Positions 52,414 to 63,591 of a stretch of DNA of 63,591 nt are shown here, piece by piece. Within the stretch, counting starts at the first letter, position 1. Every line of letters starts with the position of its first letter. The notes beneath the pieces are model-generated. The model worked only from the letters and a program-made list of their open reading frames with translations. It was not told where the DNA came from and ran no database searches. A program made the position numbers and the translations under genes. The stretch is from Negaprion brevirostris (lineage: Eukaryota), in the NCBI GenBank assembly GCA_030324005.1, contig JARDVH010000031.1:37461072-37524662 (forward strand), in the 5' to 3' direction.

Positions 52414-53339
52414 AATCTATGAACTGATGAGAATTTCAACTCTTAAATTATTAGTCTCACTTATATAAAAAAAGACTTTGGAAACATTGCACCTTGCTGA
52501 ATGATTTGTTTTTAATGATGTGCTAACTTCATGATTGCTGTTAAACACTCACTTTGGCCCTGATAAGCTAATTTTATATTTGTGAAATGTTAAAAATCTC
52601 CATTTTAATTTCTGCATTTTATTTTTGTTTGTTTCCATTTCAAAATCCAAGCTTAAATCATGTATCCAGCTCTTTGAACTTTTAAATCAAAACTAAAAGG
52701 ATTCAATGCTTTGAATTTCTTGATTTTCTGTCCATTACAATACTTCAATATGATTGGCTGTTTATCCTACTTGCTGACATTGCTGCTGTTGCTTTTTCCT
52801 TAGTATCAGATTTGAACTACTGTTGGAAAAGGGAAAATCATGTCATGATAAAACTAGTTTTTTATGGGCAGCTTTCTTCAAGATCACCAATGAATTCTGT
52901 TGCTTCACCCCGACAACAAAATCCAGGGCAAAGAGTTGGGAGATAAGCCTGACATTAAAAGATGCCTCCCATTTCTCTCCTTTCCAATTCTCTCAAATGC
53001 CTCCAAGTTCCTAATCTGTAGCCTTTCGCCCGTTCAGCAATCAAGTGTTGTACTTGCTGTTCCCTCTGTATCATTGCTAGTGGTTGTTACTTGCCCGCCT
53101 TCTGCAAATATTAGAAAAAAATGTTGGAATAATACGAAAAATGTGTCCCAACTTGTGCCACCAAATTCTGACTGAGATTTTCTGAACATGTGATACACAA
53201 TTAGCATAAGTTGACAGCATTTATTGTTTGTATCTTCGCCAGGATAACCATACAGAGTAGACAGCAAAAATATGGGTGTGATTTGCCATTTGGGGAGTAA
53301 AAGGAATGAATGCTAGTAATTCTATCTTGTGATCCTTTA

Positions 53340-53600
53340 TCAAGATGACGTTGAAATTCTGCAAGTATACCATGTCAACTTCCTGTGCTCCTGCTGCCAC
53401 ATTCTGTGGGTAGATGAAATGTCATTGGTTTCAGCCACCTCCATTGAGTCAACACCAAAAAGACCACCATTCCCTGAAGTATTATAGAAGCTGCGTCTTG
53501 ATATAATGCTCTTGACACATGGCTTTGCTGCAGAAACTTTTCTCCTCAGTCCATGAAGAGCTACTGATTTCAGGTAACCTGTCCCTTGAGGCCTTTGCAC
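53340..53600 (-). pseudogene. Possible decayed Myb/SANT-like (Harbinger ORF2) fragment
   Basis: ORF 53340-53717 contains SRRSF...MEVAETNDISSTHRMWQQEHRKL, resembling W.EVA..V...S...RTW.QCRKK. It is convergent with the transposase relic. Confidence 0.35.
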
Positions 53601-54880
53601 CCCCAGTATGTCATGTGCTGAGAGCACGTATGGTCTCTTAAAAGCACTGGTTGTACAACATGTCAGAAAGTCACAAGGTGTTAAGCATACAGCAGCAAAG
53701 AGCAACCCTCCCAGCATCTTTACATTTAGATGTCATGACCAGCCAATCATTTGTGTTGGTGAATTTTTGAAAAAGAGCTGTTATTCAACATTTAGTTTGT
53801 GTTGTTTTCTAATCTCGAGCTTATTATTGCATCCATTTACACTCATTATGCTGTACTTATAATGAAGTCATACCTATAGAATGACCTGACGCAGCTGAAG
53901 TGGCTTAATTTTAAGTGAATGGTTGGTGGTGAGAAAAACGTTTCTTTCATTTCACTTTCTGTGGAATTAGTCCCTGGTTACCTTAGTCCATCCTCTCTAC
54001 TCCTGCCCCCATACCCATTACATACCCCTTCTTTCACCGTGTAACAGTAGTTCATTGACAGTGTAATTAGGCTAGCAGTTAGTGTAGTTTAAATGCACCT
54101 TCCATGGCCTTTGATTACAGATTATATTGTGAGATTTCTTATTTTAAGATGTCATTTTGTGAGCAACAATAATGCGTTGTACTGTCACCACGACTGTTTC
54201 AGCATGCTGGAAATAAAAGAGAATGCAGTCAAGGTTTTTGTGGGTGACTGTAATTTGCCTGTAATTAACATTATGATTTGTTATGCAAGTTCTTTGTTGC
54301 ACTCCAGTTAAGTCCAAATATTATACCCTACCCTTTCAACTACTATAATTGCAATAGCATTCCTCAATGCAAAGTATGCTATTAAATATGCAAGAAGCAG
54401 GTATATTGTCCCACTGAAAATAATTTTGTTGTGTTTGTGCTCATATTGCATAAGTCATGCTCCGAATGTTGATGTATCAGGAAGTAAGCCAGATTTTTCA
54501 TTCAGAAACATAGCAGTTAATGAAACTTTTGCATTGCTTTTCTACCATGCACTGATAACTGTTTCATTTACAGAATTTGCTAGTGTGAATTAAATGGAGT
54601 TTGGATTAAAATAATTATCAATATTTACTGAATTATCAACCAGCAATTTCAAGGCTGGAATTTTTATGCTGCCGTTTTAAACGAACATCTTTCTACTCTG
54701 CATTAGCTACGGATACATAAGAACTATTTCTGGCATCCTCTGACGCATTTTGGTTGTTTGGCCCTGATAGAACAGGTTGGCGTATTTGCAGTCAGAATCC
54801 AGGATGCACTTTTATCTGCAACCCATGGCTTGGCAGTCTGTCAGTTCAATTTTGAAACTGAATCTGATTTGTGCAAAGTA

Positions 54881-55178
54881 TCATAGAATCCTTACAGTGC
54901 AGAAAGAGGCCATTCGGCCCATTGAGTCTGCACCAACAAGAATCCCAGGTCCTATCCCCATAACCCCACATATTTACCCTGCTAATCCCCCTGACACTAA
55001 GGGACAATTCACCATGGCCAATCAACCTAACTCTCTCACCTCTGGACTGTGGGAGGAAATCGGAACATCTGGAGGAAACCCACGCAAGGGAGAATGTGCA
55101 AACTCCACGTACATAGTCACCCAAGGCTGGAATTGAACTCTGGCAACAGTGCTGACCACTGTACCATTGTGGCTCCCC
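54881..55178 (-). mobile_element. HE1-like SINE, near full length
   Basis: From the tail tcatagaatccttacagtgcagaaagaggccattcggcccattgag to the head gtgctgaccactgtaccattgtggctcc. ORFs 54777 and 54846 are translations of this SINE. Confidence 0.9.
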
Positions 55179-56049
55179 TTCAATTGTAAATTTGCATTTA
55201 CAAGTAAATTGAGGTTTCCAGATCTACAGCAGCTTGAGAGACCTTTTTTTTCCCTGTTAGACCAAGCTTACCCAGCATAGGACCCTGGCCCAGATCCACC
55301 CCACCATCCCTCTTTATCCAGCCATTGGACTCACTGTTCAAACTATGGGTCAGTTCATTGAAACATTCTGCAAGATCTGCTCCTCCAATCACAGGCTGCT
55401 TTTCTCCCATGTTTGCTGCTGACAGGCTCATGGGGGAGCCTATCAGCAGCAACCTCAGGAGAGAAGCAGTCTCTGATTTGAGAAGCGGTGTGAAGATGAA
55501 TGGTTTCACAGTGTGCGCTCTCTCAGCCTTTGACCATGCTGTTTCTCTCATCGTTTTGTGCAACACTGGCCCCTGAAAGGAGTACAGGACACAAGATGGT
55601 TGACCAGGCCAGGGGAGCAATGAGGAACAGTGGAGTTGCAGCAAAAGCACTCACCTGTCTTCCCACCTGCTGGAGTGCCAAGCAGAATGGAGTGAGGAAG
55701 CTAATTTCTTCAATGCCCCAAATATCTCCTCAATGATAACAAATCCAAACCTCCTGGGCCCTGGTGTGAAGTGAGTCTGGGGGTGTGTGAGTGGGAACCC
55801 TATCCCAAGATGTGTATGTTAGGGGAATTAGTGGGACAAACATGCAGGGTTACACAGAGAAGACAGCGTGTCAGCTTGGGTGGGATGCACTCAAGGAGAA
55901 TGGATGCAGAATTGATGGGCTGAATGGCCTCCTTTAACACTGTAGAGATTCTATTGTTCTGAGTCTTGGAGTGAGCTGGACTCTGCTCTTTCCCCTTTCC
56001 AAAACCCTATCCAGAAAGCACGCTGGGCTGCAATAACTTCCTTGAATAG

Positions 56050-58440
56050 TGTTTATCCACAATAGTTCCCTTGAACAGTATGTAATGGAACCTATCCTAG
56101 ATTTGGTTCTGGGTAATGAGACAGGAATAATTAATGATCTTGCAGTTAGGGATCCTCTTGGAAAAAGCAATCACAACATGGTTGAATTTAAAATACATAT
56201 GGAGCGTGAGAAGGTAAAATCCAATGTCAGTGTCTTGTGCGTAAACAAAGGAGATGACAAAGGGATGAGAGAGGCATTGGCTAAGGTAGACTGGGAGCAA
56301 AAACTTTATGGTGGGAATATTGAGGAACAATAGAGGACTTTCAAAGTGATCTTTCACAGTGCTCAGCAAACTTATATACCACTGATAAGGAAGGACTGTA
56401 GAAGAAAAGATAATCAGCCATGGATATCGAAGGAAATAAAGGAGGGCATCAAATTGAAAGAAAATGCATACAAAGTGGCAAAGATTAGTGGGAACCTAGA
56501 GGATTGGGAAATCTTTAAAGATCAGCAGAAAGCCACGAAGAAAGCTATGAAGAAAGGTAAGATGGATTATGAGAGTAAACTAGCTCAGAATATAAAAACA
56601 GATAGCAAAAGTTTCTACAAATATATAAAATGANNNNNNNNNNNNNNNNNNNNNNNNNNNNNNNNNNNNNNNNNNNNNNNNNNNNNNNNNNNNNNNNNNN
56701 NNNNNNNNNNNNNNNNNNNNNNNNNNNNNNNNNNNNNNNNNNNNNNNNNNNNNNNNNNNNNNNNNNNNNNNNNNNNNNNNNNNNNNNNNNNNNNNNNNNN
56801 NNNNNNNNNNNNNNNNNNNNNNNNNNNNNNNNNNNNNNNNNNNNNNNNNNNNNNNNNNNNNNNNNNNNNNNNNNNNNNNNNNNNNNNNNNNNNNNNNNNN
56901 NNNNNNNNNNNNNNNNNNNNNNNNNNNNNNNNNNNNNNNNNNNNNNNNNNNNNNNNNNNNNNNNNNNNNNNNNNNNNNNNNNNNNNNNNNNNNNNNNNNN
57001 NNNNNNNNNNNNNNNNNNNNNNNNNNNNNNNNNNNNNNNNNNNNNNNNNNNNNNNNNNNNNNNNNNNNNNNNNNNNNNNNNNNNNNNNNNNNNNNNNNNN
57101 NNNNNNNNNNNNNNNNNNNNNNNNNNNNNNNNNNNNNNNNNNNNNNNNNNNNNNNNNNNNNNNNNNNNNNNNNNNNNNNNNNNNNNNNNNNNNNNNNNNN
57201 NNNNNNNNNNNNNNNNNNNNNNNNNNNNNNNNNNNNNNNNNNNNNNNNNNNNNNNNNNNNNNNNNNNNNNNNNNNNNNNNNNNNNNNNNNNNNNNNNNNN
57301 NNNNNNNNNNNNNNNNNNNNNNNNNNNNNNNNNNNNNNNNNNNNNNNNNNNNNNNNNNNNNNNNNNNNNNNNNNNNNNNNNNNNNNNNNNNNNGGTCCTT
57401 TGGGGGATGTAATAATTGGAAAAGAGAAAATGTTTGAGGCATTGAACAGGTATTTTGTGTCGGTCTTCACAGTGGAAGACACAAATAATGTCGAAAATTG
57501 ATGACAGGAAGGCTATGGCAGGTGAGGACCTAGAAACTATCATTATCAAGAAAGAGGTAGTGTTGGGCAAGTTAATGGGGCTGAAGGTAGACAACTCTCC
57601 TGATCCTGATAGAATGCATCCCAGGGAACTAAAAGAGCTGACGGGGGAAATAGCAAATGTGCTAGTGGTAATTTATCAAAATTCGCTGGACTCTGGGGTG
57701 CTTCCCGTAGATTGAAAAACAGCAAATGTGACACTGCTGTTTAAAAAAAAAGGAGACAGAAGAAAGGCAAAAAAACTATAGGTCGGTTAGTTTAACTTCT
57801 ATAATAGGGAAAGTGCTTGAATCTCACAAGAGACAAATGGACATCTGGATCTAAATTGTCCCATTGGTAAGACGCAGCATGGGTTCATGAAGGGAAGGCT
57901 ATGTTTGACTAATTTGGTGGAATTCTTCGAGAACATTAGATGCGCAGTGGACAATGGGGAATCTGTGGATGTGGTGTATCTGGATTTCCAGAAGGCATTT
58001 GACAAGGTGCTGCACCAAACACTGCACAAGATAAGGGTGTATCGTGTTACAGGTAATGTATTAACATGGATAGAGGATTGGTTAACCAACAGAAAGCAAA
58101 GAGTGGGGATAAATTGGTGTTTTTCTAGTTGGCGATCAGTGACTCGTGGTGTGCCTCAGGGACCAGCGTCGGGACCGCAATTGTTACTGATTTACACAGA
58201 TGGTTTGGAGTTGGGGACCAAGTATAGTGTGTCAAAATTTGCAGGTGACACTAAGATGAGTGGCAGAGCAAAGTTTGCAGAGGATGCTGAAAGTCTGCAA
58301 AGGGATATAGATAATCTAAGTGAGTGGGCAAGGGTCTGGCAGATAGAGTACATTGTTGGTAAATGTGAGGTCATCCATTTTGGTAGAAATAACAGCAAAA
58401 TAGACTATTATTTAAATGGTAAAAAATTGCAGCATGCTAT
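56050..58440 (+). mobile_element. CR1 LINE ORF2 fragment (endonuclease end, linker, RT), 3'-truncated
   Basis: PILDLVLGNE..PLGKSNHNMVEF, KTDSKSFYKYIK, LKVDNSPDPDRMHPRELKE, VDVVYLDFQKAFDKV, GVPQG and KFAGDTK (catalytic FADD altered). Contains stops and frameshifts. Confidence 0.95.
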
Positions 58441-58795
58441 AAAATCGTGGAGGAGAATTACTCAACAAATTCACAGGAGTCTGCTGATGAAATTTTAATG
58501 CAAAAAATAATATTGAACCTAGAAAAGTGAGCTGTCATGTACTACACAAAGGATTGGATGGATTTCAATACAAGCACCAGATGATTCATGTTTCCACTAT
58601 TCCACAACCTAGCAATATCTTTATAGACACACAAGCTACTCGAGTTACCGCGTGCCTGACACAAAAACTTCTCACTTGGGACTGGCACAATTGCAAACAG
58701 TTTTCTTTTGGTGAATTCCTAACATTCCCTTGGTGGTTCTCACCCAACTCACGTATATCTCCAAGACATTCAATAGCCGGACTCTAAACTCAGCA

Positions 58796-59160
58796 GCCAG
58801 GATTCTCCCAAAAAAAATTCTAAGTGTCAAATTTGTGTGAAAACTGGAGTAAATCGCATTGTTTTTTCACTGATAGTTAGAAAATAAATTTCCTATATTC
58901 TGTGCATTGCAGAGTACATGAGCATGAATCACGCTGAAAAGTTATGGGTGGGGCTCTTCCCACCCAAGAGGCCAACAGCATAGCACTGAGTGGGCCACTG
59001 CACATGTGCCGGTGTGTCAGCGTTGAGATCGGCACATGCGCAGTTGCCTCTGTCTGCCAGACTCCCGATTGCTGGGTAGCTCAGTGATCGCCGCAACGCT
59101 GCCCCACCGAGTCCCCTCCACGGCCCAATCACTGACTCCCAAACGTTCCCCGGCCAGCCT
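58796..59160. mobile_element. GC-rich MITE-like fragment (possibly Harbinger-derived)
   Basis: Starts gccaggattctccc, similar to the terminus at 30763, and has an internal hairpin at 58997-59044. No second terminus found. Confidence 0.35.
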
Positions 59161-59471
59161 GGATGTGGGCATTGTGGCTGAGCCAGTATTTATTGCCCAT
59201 CCCTAATTGTCCTTGAGATGGCTTTTAAGAGTCAACAACATTGCCACACCAGGTATGGATGGCAGATTTCCTTCCCTAGAGGAAGCTCATGAAATAGATG
59301 GGTTTTTACAACAAGTGACAATGATTTCATAGTCATCAGCAGATTTTTAATTCCAGTTTTGTCTTAATTCAGTTCCACCATCAGCCATGGTGGGATTTAA
59401 ACTTCCAGAGTATTACCCTGGGTCTCTGGATTATTACTCCTGTCACAATACCACTATGTAATTCCTGCTCC
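59161..59471 (-). mobile_element. tRNA-head SINE (head plus LINE tail)
   Basis: Tail ggatgtgggc..tatttattgcccatccctaattgtccttga joined to a body and head ...ggtgggatttaaac..ccctgggtctctggatta..caataccactatg. Confidence 0.75.
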
Positions 59472-60673
59472 TATTTGTCACACTGCTGGTCTAACGTTCA
59501 ATACAAGTGCAGCCAGACTGTTCACAGCCTCGGGATTTTATCTGATTCTCAGGTGAACTTCTGGCCTCATTCTCAGCATTAGTGAGACAGTCTGCAGTTA
59601 CCTCAGTAACATTGACTTCTGCATCAAGTCAGCATTGTGGCTGAAATGCTCATCCATGCCTTTGTAACCACCAGACTTGGTTATATAAATATATTCCTGG
59701 TTGCCTTTCCACTTTTCATCCTACATAGACTTGAAAACTTCGTTATTTCCCACTTTAAGTTTCATTAATTCATCGTTCCTGTGCTCACTAACCTATATTG
59801 GCCCCTGGTGGCACCACAATTTTGGAGTTCTTATCCATGTTTGCAAATTCTTCCATGATTTGTCCCTCCCTCGCTTCGTATCCTCCTCCAGCCCTGGAAA
59901 CCTCCAGGATCCCCAATTTTTTGCTTTACTCCTGTTTGCCGACCGGTGTAAATAGCACTCGGGAACAAGTTCTCTTTTTTTTAGTTCTAGTGAGGTAATC
60001 CAGGAATCATTATATGTTATTGACACTGATGTCTTCTCTTCCCTATCTTTCCCTTTGCTTCTCCCCCCGTACCTAAGCACGCACGTGTGTTTTGACATCT
60101 GGCAATAAAATACAGAGGTAGTGCTCAGAATAATGTGATCTGTTTAGACCTGTAGTAAAATAAGTAGAATTATTCTAATTCTTGTGCCCAAAGCCACATT
60201 AGACCTCTTTCTTTTATCTGTTGATCATTCTTATGATCACTTTGTATAACAAATACGCTTTGCTGTTAGTACCTAATTAACAATTGTGCACATTTTGCCT
60301 GGAACTGCAGCTCTCCAGCAAACCAAGTGCAGCTCCACACTTACATATTTAAACGTCTGCCAAGCTTCAGTCACTCATGTTATAAGTGATATTTTTAATG
60401 AACCACCTATCATCTCAACACTTCGCTCACATCAAAAAGCGACCATCTGGAATATTTTTTAAAAATAAGTTTAAATATGGCCCATTTCAGTTCCAAATAT
60501 CATGAAGCCAGTGTGAAGTTAACATAGTTAACATTGAAGTGATTTTGCACTGCTTGCCAAAGTTTGAAACATACTGAAACTGCTCCAAACTGCAATTACA
60601 TTGTCCTTGAGCTGGAAAATTTGTAGAACTCCTTGGGTTGTAGGCCTGAAATTGAATGTATTTTGTGAACATC

Positions 60674-63067
60674 GGGGGGGAGGGGGTCAGATGTAGTCAG
60701 AGTGCCATCAGACTTGTAATCCAGAGACCCAGGATAATGATCTGGGGGCACACGTTTGAATCCCACCAAAGCAGCTGGTGGAATTTAAATTCAGTTCATA
60801 AATCTGGTTTATTTTAGGGAGGGAAATCTGCTGACTTAACTGACTTGGCCTGCATGAGACTCTAGGCCTGCATGAGACTCCAGACCCACATTAATGTGGG
60901 GTTGACTCTGAAAAGGTCATTCAGTTGTATCAAAGCCACTACAAAGTCTACTAAAAGGAATTAAACCACATGCATCACCTGGTATTGGTCTAGGCACTGG
61001 AAATTACAATGGCAAATCCGCACCTTTCAACCCTGAAAAGTCTTCCTCACTAACATCTGGAGAGCTTGTGCCAAAATTGGGAGAGCTGACCCACAGAATA
61101 GTCAAGCAACAGCCTGCCATTGACTGCAATGTATAATTCCACGAGTATGACAATGTCCCAGAGCCCACCATCACTACCCCACTAACTGTGTCGCCACTTC
61201 TGGTGAGTATGTTTTGTCCCAGCGACAGGACAGGCCCACCAGAGGTGGTAGTAAAGAACTATAGAGTCAGGATGGAGTTGCCCTGGGACAACATCAACAT
61301 TGACACTTTCTTGTGGGATTAGGTCAAAAATGTGCAGATTCGATGGGCTGAATGACCTACTTCTGCTCCGATGTCTTACAGAAACCTCCTCCTAATCACC
61401 ATCTACTGCTCTCCCACAGTTGATGAATCAGTCCTATTCCACATTGAACACCACTTGGCAGAAGCACTGAGGGTGGCAAAGTATTGAACATACTATGGGT
61501 GGGAAACTTCAATGTCCACTACTCTGTAACACCACGACTGACTGAGCTGGTCATGACCTAAAGGACATTATTACTAGATTCGGCCTGGAAAGGTGGTGAA
61601 GAAATCAGCACAACCTACTTCATCTCATCCTCACTAATCTAACTGTCACAGATACATCTCTTCATGACAGTACTGGTCGGACTGACCACAGTACAGTCCT
61701 TCTGGAGATGAAGAACCATCTTCGCAGTGAATATACCCTCCATTCTTTGGTGTGGTACTACCATTGTGCTAAATGGGATAAATTTTGAACAGATCTATCA
61801 AATCAAGAACGGGCTTCATGAGGCTTTGTGAGCCACCAGCGCAGCAGAATTGTCTTCAAACACAAACTGTAACCTCATGGCCTGGCATATCCCCCACTCT
61901 GCCATTATCATTAAACTAGCTACAACACAAAACTACTCGTGTGCCATACAGAAAGCTGTGTGCAATAGATAGAGCTAAGCAATCCCACAACCAATAGATC
62001 AGATCTAAGCTTTATAGTTTTGCCGCATTTAGTCATGAATGGTGGCGGACAATTAAACAGCTAACTGGAGGAGGCGGCTACGCAATATATCTTCATCCTT
62101 AATGATAAGGGAGCCTAGCACATCAGTGCAAAAGCCAAAGCTGAAGCATTTGCAACAAGCTTCAACCAGAAATGCTGAGCGAATGAGCCATCTCCGTCTC
62201 ATGAGATCCCCAGCATCATAGATGCCAATCTTCAGTTAATTCAACTCACTCCAAATGCTATCAAGAAGTAGCTGAAGGCATAATAGATAAATAGCAAGTA
62301 ACATTCACGTCACACAAGTGCCAGACAATGGCCATCTCTAACAAGAGAGAATCCAACCATTTCCCCATGATGTTCAATGGTATTACTGTCATTGAATCCC
62401 CCACTAGCAAAAACCAGGGTGTTACCATTGACCAGAAACTGAACTGGTCCAGCCATAAAAATACTGTGGCAACAAGAGCAGGTCAGAGATGGGAATTTGA
62501 CAGTGGGTGACTCACCTCCTGACTCCGCAAAACCTGTTCACAATCAAAAGGAACAAATCAGGAGTCTGATGGAACACACTCTACTTGCTTGGATGAGTTT
62601 AGCTCCAAAAATACTCAAGAAGTTCAACACCATTCTGGATAAAGCAGCTTGCTTGAGTGGCACCCAATCCTTCACAATGCACTGTGAGTGGCAGCAATGT
62701 ATACCATCTACAAGATGCATCACACTAAGCTAACAGCAGGGCTTTTTAGACAGCATCTTCCAAACCCGCAACATCTCGAATCTAGAAGGACAAGTGCAAC
62801 AGATGGATGGGAGCACCACTGTCTGCAAGTTTCCCTCCAAGCCACTCACAATCCTAACTTGGAAATATGTCAGCTTTCCCTCACTGTTATTGGGTGAAAA
62901 TTATGGAACTCCTTTCCCATCAGCATTCTGTATGTACCTGAACCACCTGGACTGCAATAGTTCATAAGGTGGTTCACAGCCGTCTTTTCAACAGCAATTA
63001 GGTATGGGCGATAAAACTGCCAATCTAGGCATTGATGTCCTCATTCCAGGAAAGAAAAAAAATAAAA
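60674..63067 (+). mobile_element. CR1-group LINE with tRNA-type head, endonuclease, RT core deleted, intact 3' end
   Basis: Head 60674-60930 (B box-like gtttgaatccc at 60754). Endonuclease remnants LVPKLGELTHRIVKQQP, QDRPTRGG, ESVLFHIEHHLAEAL, WVGNFNVH. Post-RT remnants GVTIDQKLNWSSHKNTVATRAGQR and IYKMHH..FRQHLPNP. Tail gcaattaggtatgggcgataaaactg plus an A-rich end. Confidence 0.8.
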
Positions 63068-63204
63068 GTCTAGAGATTGAAACTGTATTGAGACGCCTCA
63101 GGGAAGAACACGGTTAGTGAAGGAAAGTTGAATTCTATTGCATTTTATAATTTTTCAACTTGAAATGTGTTGCCCTAGGGCTTTATGCTTGAGAGGAAAT
63201 GTAT

Positions 63205-63365
63205 GTTATAGAATTCCTACATTGCAGAAGAAGGCCATTCAGCTCTCTGACAGATCATTTTAACCAGGCCCTACCCCTTCCCTATTCCTGTAGACCCACG
63301 TATTTACCATGGCTAACCAACCTAACCTGCATTCGCCTGCACTGTGCTAACCACTGTGCCACCCA
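63205..63365 (-). mobile_element. Internally deleted HE1-like SINE
   Basis: Tail tagaattcctacattgcagaagaaggccattcagc and head ctgtgctaaccactgtgccacc. Confidence 0.7.
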
Positions 63366-63591
63366 CTACCATCCTGCGGCCCACAAAATATCTGTGACTA
63401 TCACGAGAATTGTAATTGTAAGAATGCACCTAGGAGTGGAACACACTGGGTGAAGTTTTCCCATAATGGATCAGGCAAGGAAAGCTGTGTGAAACTTATT
63501 GTCTTCACAGATATTTTTACTCTCCTGATTGACAGTATTGTGTGCAACTTGAGAGTGCTGGTGGATCATACAGCCACCTGGGGGGGGGGGG

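Noticed and set aside
56545-57594. Long ORFs (260-349 aa), and similar ones at 46815-47505
   Set aside because: Artefacts of N runs translated as X.
57887-58498. 203-aa RT ORF as a functional or domesticated gene
   Set aside because: Catalytic FADD is changed to FAGD, flanking frames contain stops and the 3' end is truncated; an ordinary dead CR1.
60847-60880. 16-bp direct repeat ggcctgcatgagactc x2
   Set aside because: A local tandem duplication absent from the other head copies; not an array.
1-63591. CRISPR arrays, operons, genuine tRNA/rRNA genes
   Set aside because: Spliced vertebrate locus with no repeat-spacer arrays; all tRNA-like motifs belong to SINE/LINE heads.

Overview
This is eukaryotic, AT-rich, repeat-dense DNA, most likely from a shark or other elasmobranch (inferred from several HE1-type tRNA SINEs and abundant CR1/L2 LINEs). 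The only host gene I can support is the 3' half of CWC22 (spliceosome factor that loads eIF4AIII/EJC) on the + strand. It has seven coding exons: 11791-11851, 32568-32645, 32917-33069, 35430-35557, 37230-37331, 37416-37648 and 40071-40663 (stop). All introns are GT-AG with consistent phases, and poly(A) signals follow near 40837 and 41013. Upstream exons lie outside the window. The rest is introns and intergenic DNA filled with decayed transposons: CR1, L2, Rex1/Babar-like, Gypsy, a full-boundary hAT (Buster/Charlie type), a Tigger/pogo derivative, a PIF/Harbinger relic, a Kolobok-like MITE and a Penelope-derived palindrome with a degenerate hammerhead core. There are five N gaps. Three observations stand out. 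(1) A LINE family whose 5' end is a tRNA-derived SINE-like head joined directly to the endonuclease ORF, present with an RT-deleted copy and short head+tail SINE derivatives, which looks like a LINE-to-SINE series. (2) A complete cryptic 3' splice site overlapping a CWC22 donor that would give an NMD-type isoform. (3) The Penelope inverted repeat with a target-site duplication. Repeat family names come from motif recognition by eye, not database searches. Repeat boundaries are approximate unless TIR/TSD positions are given.
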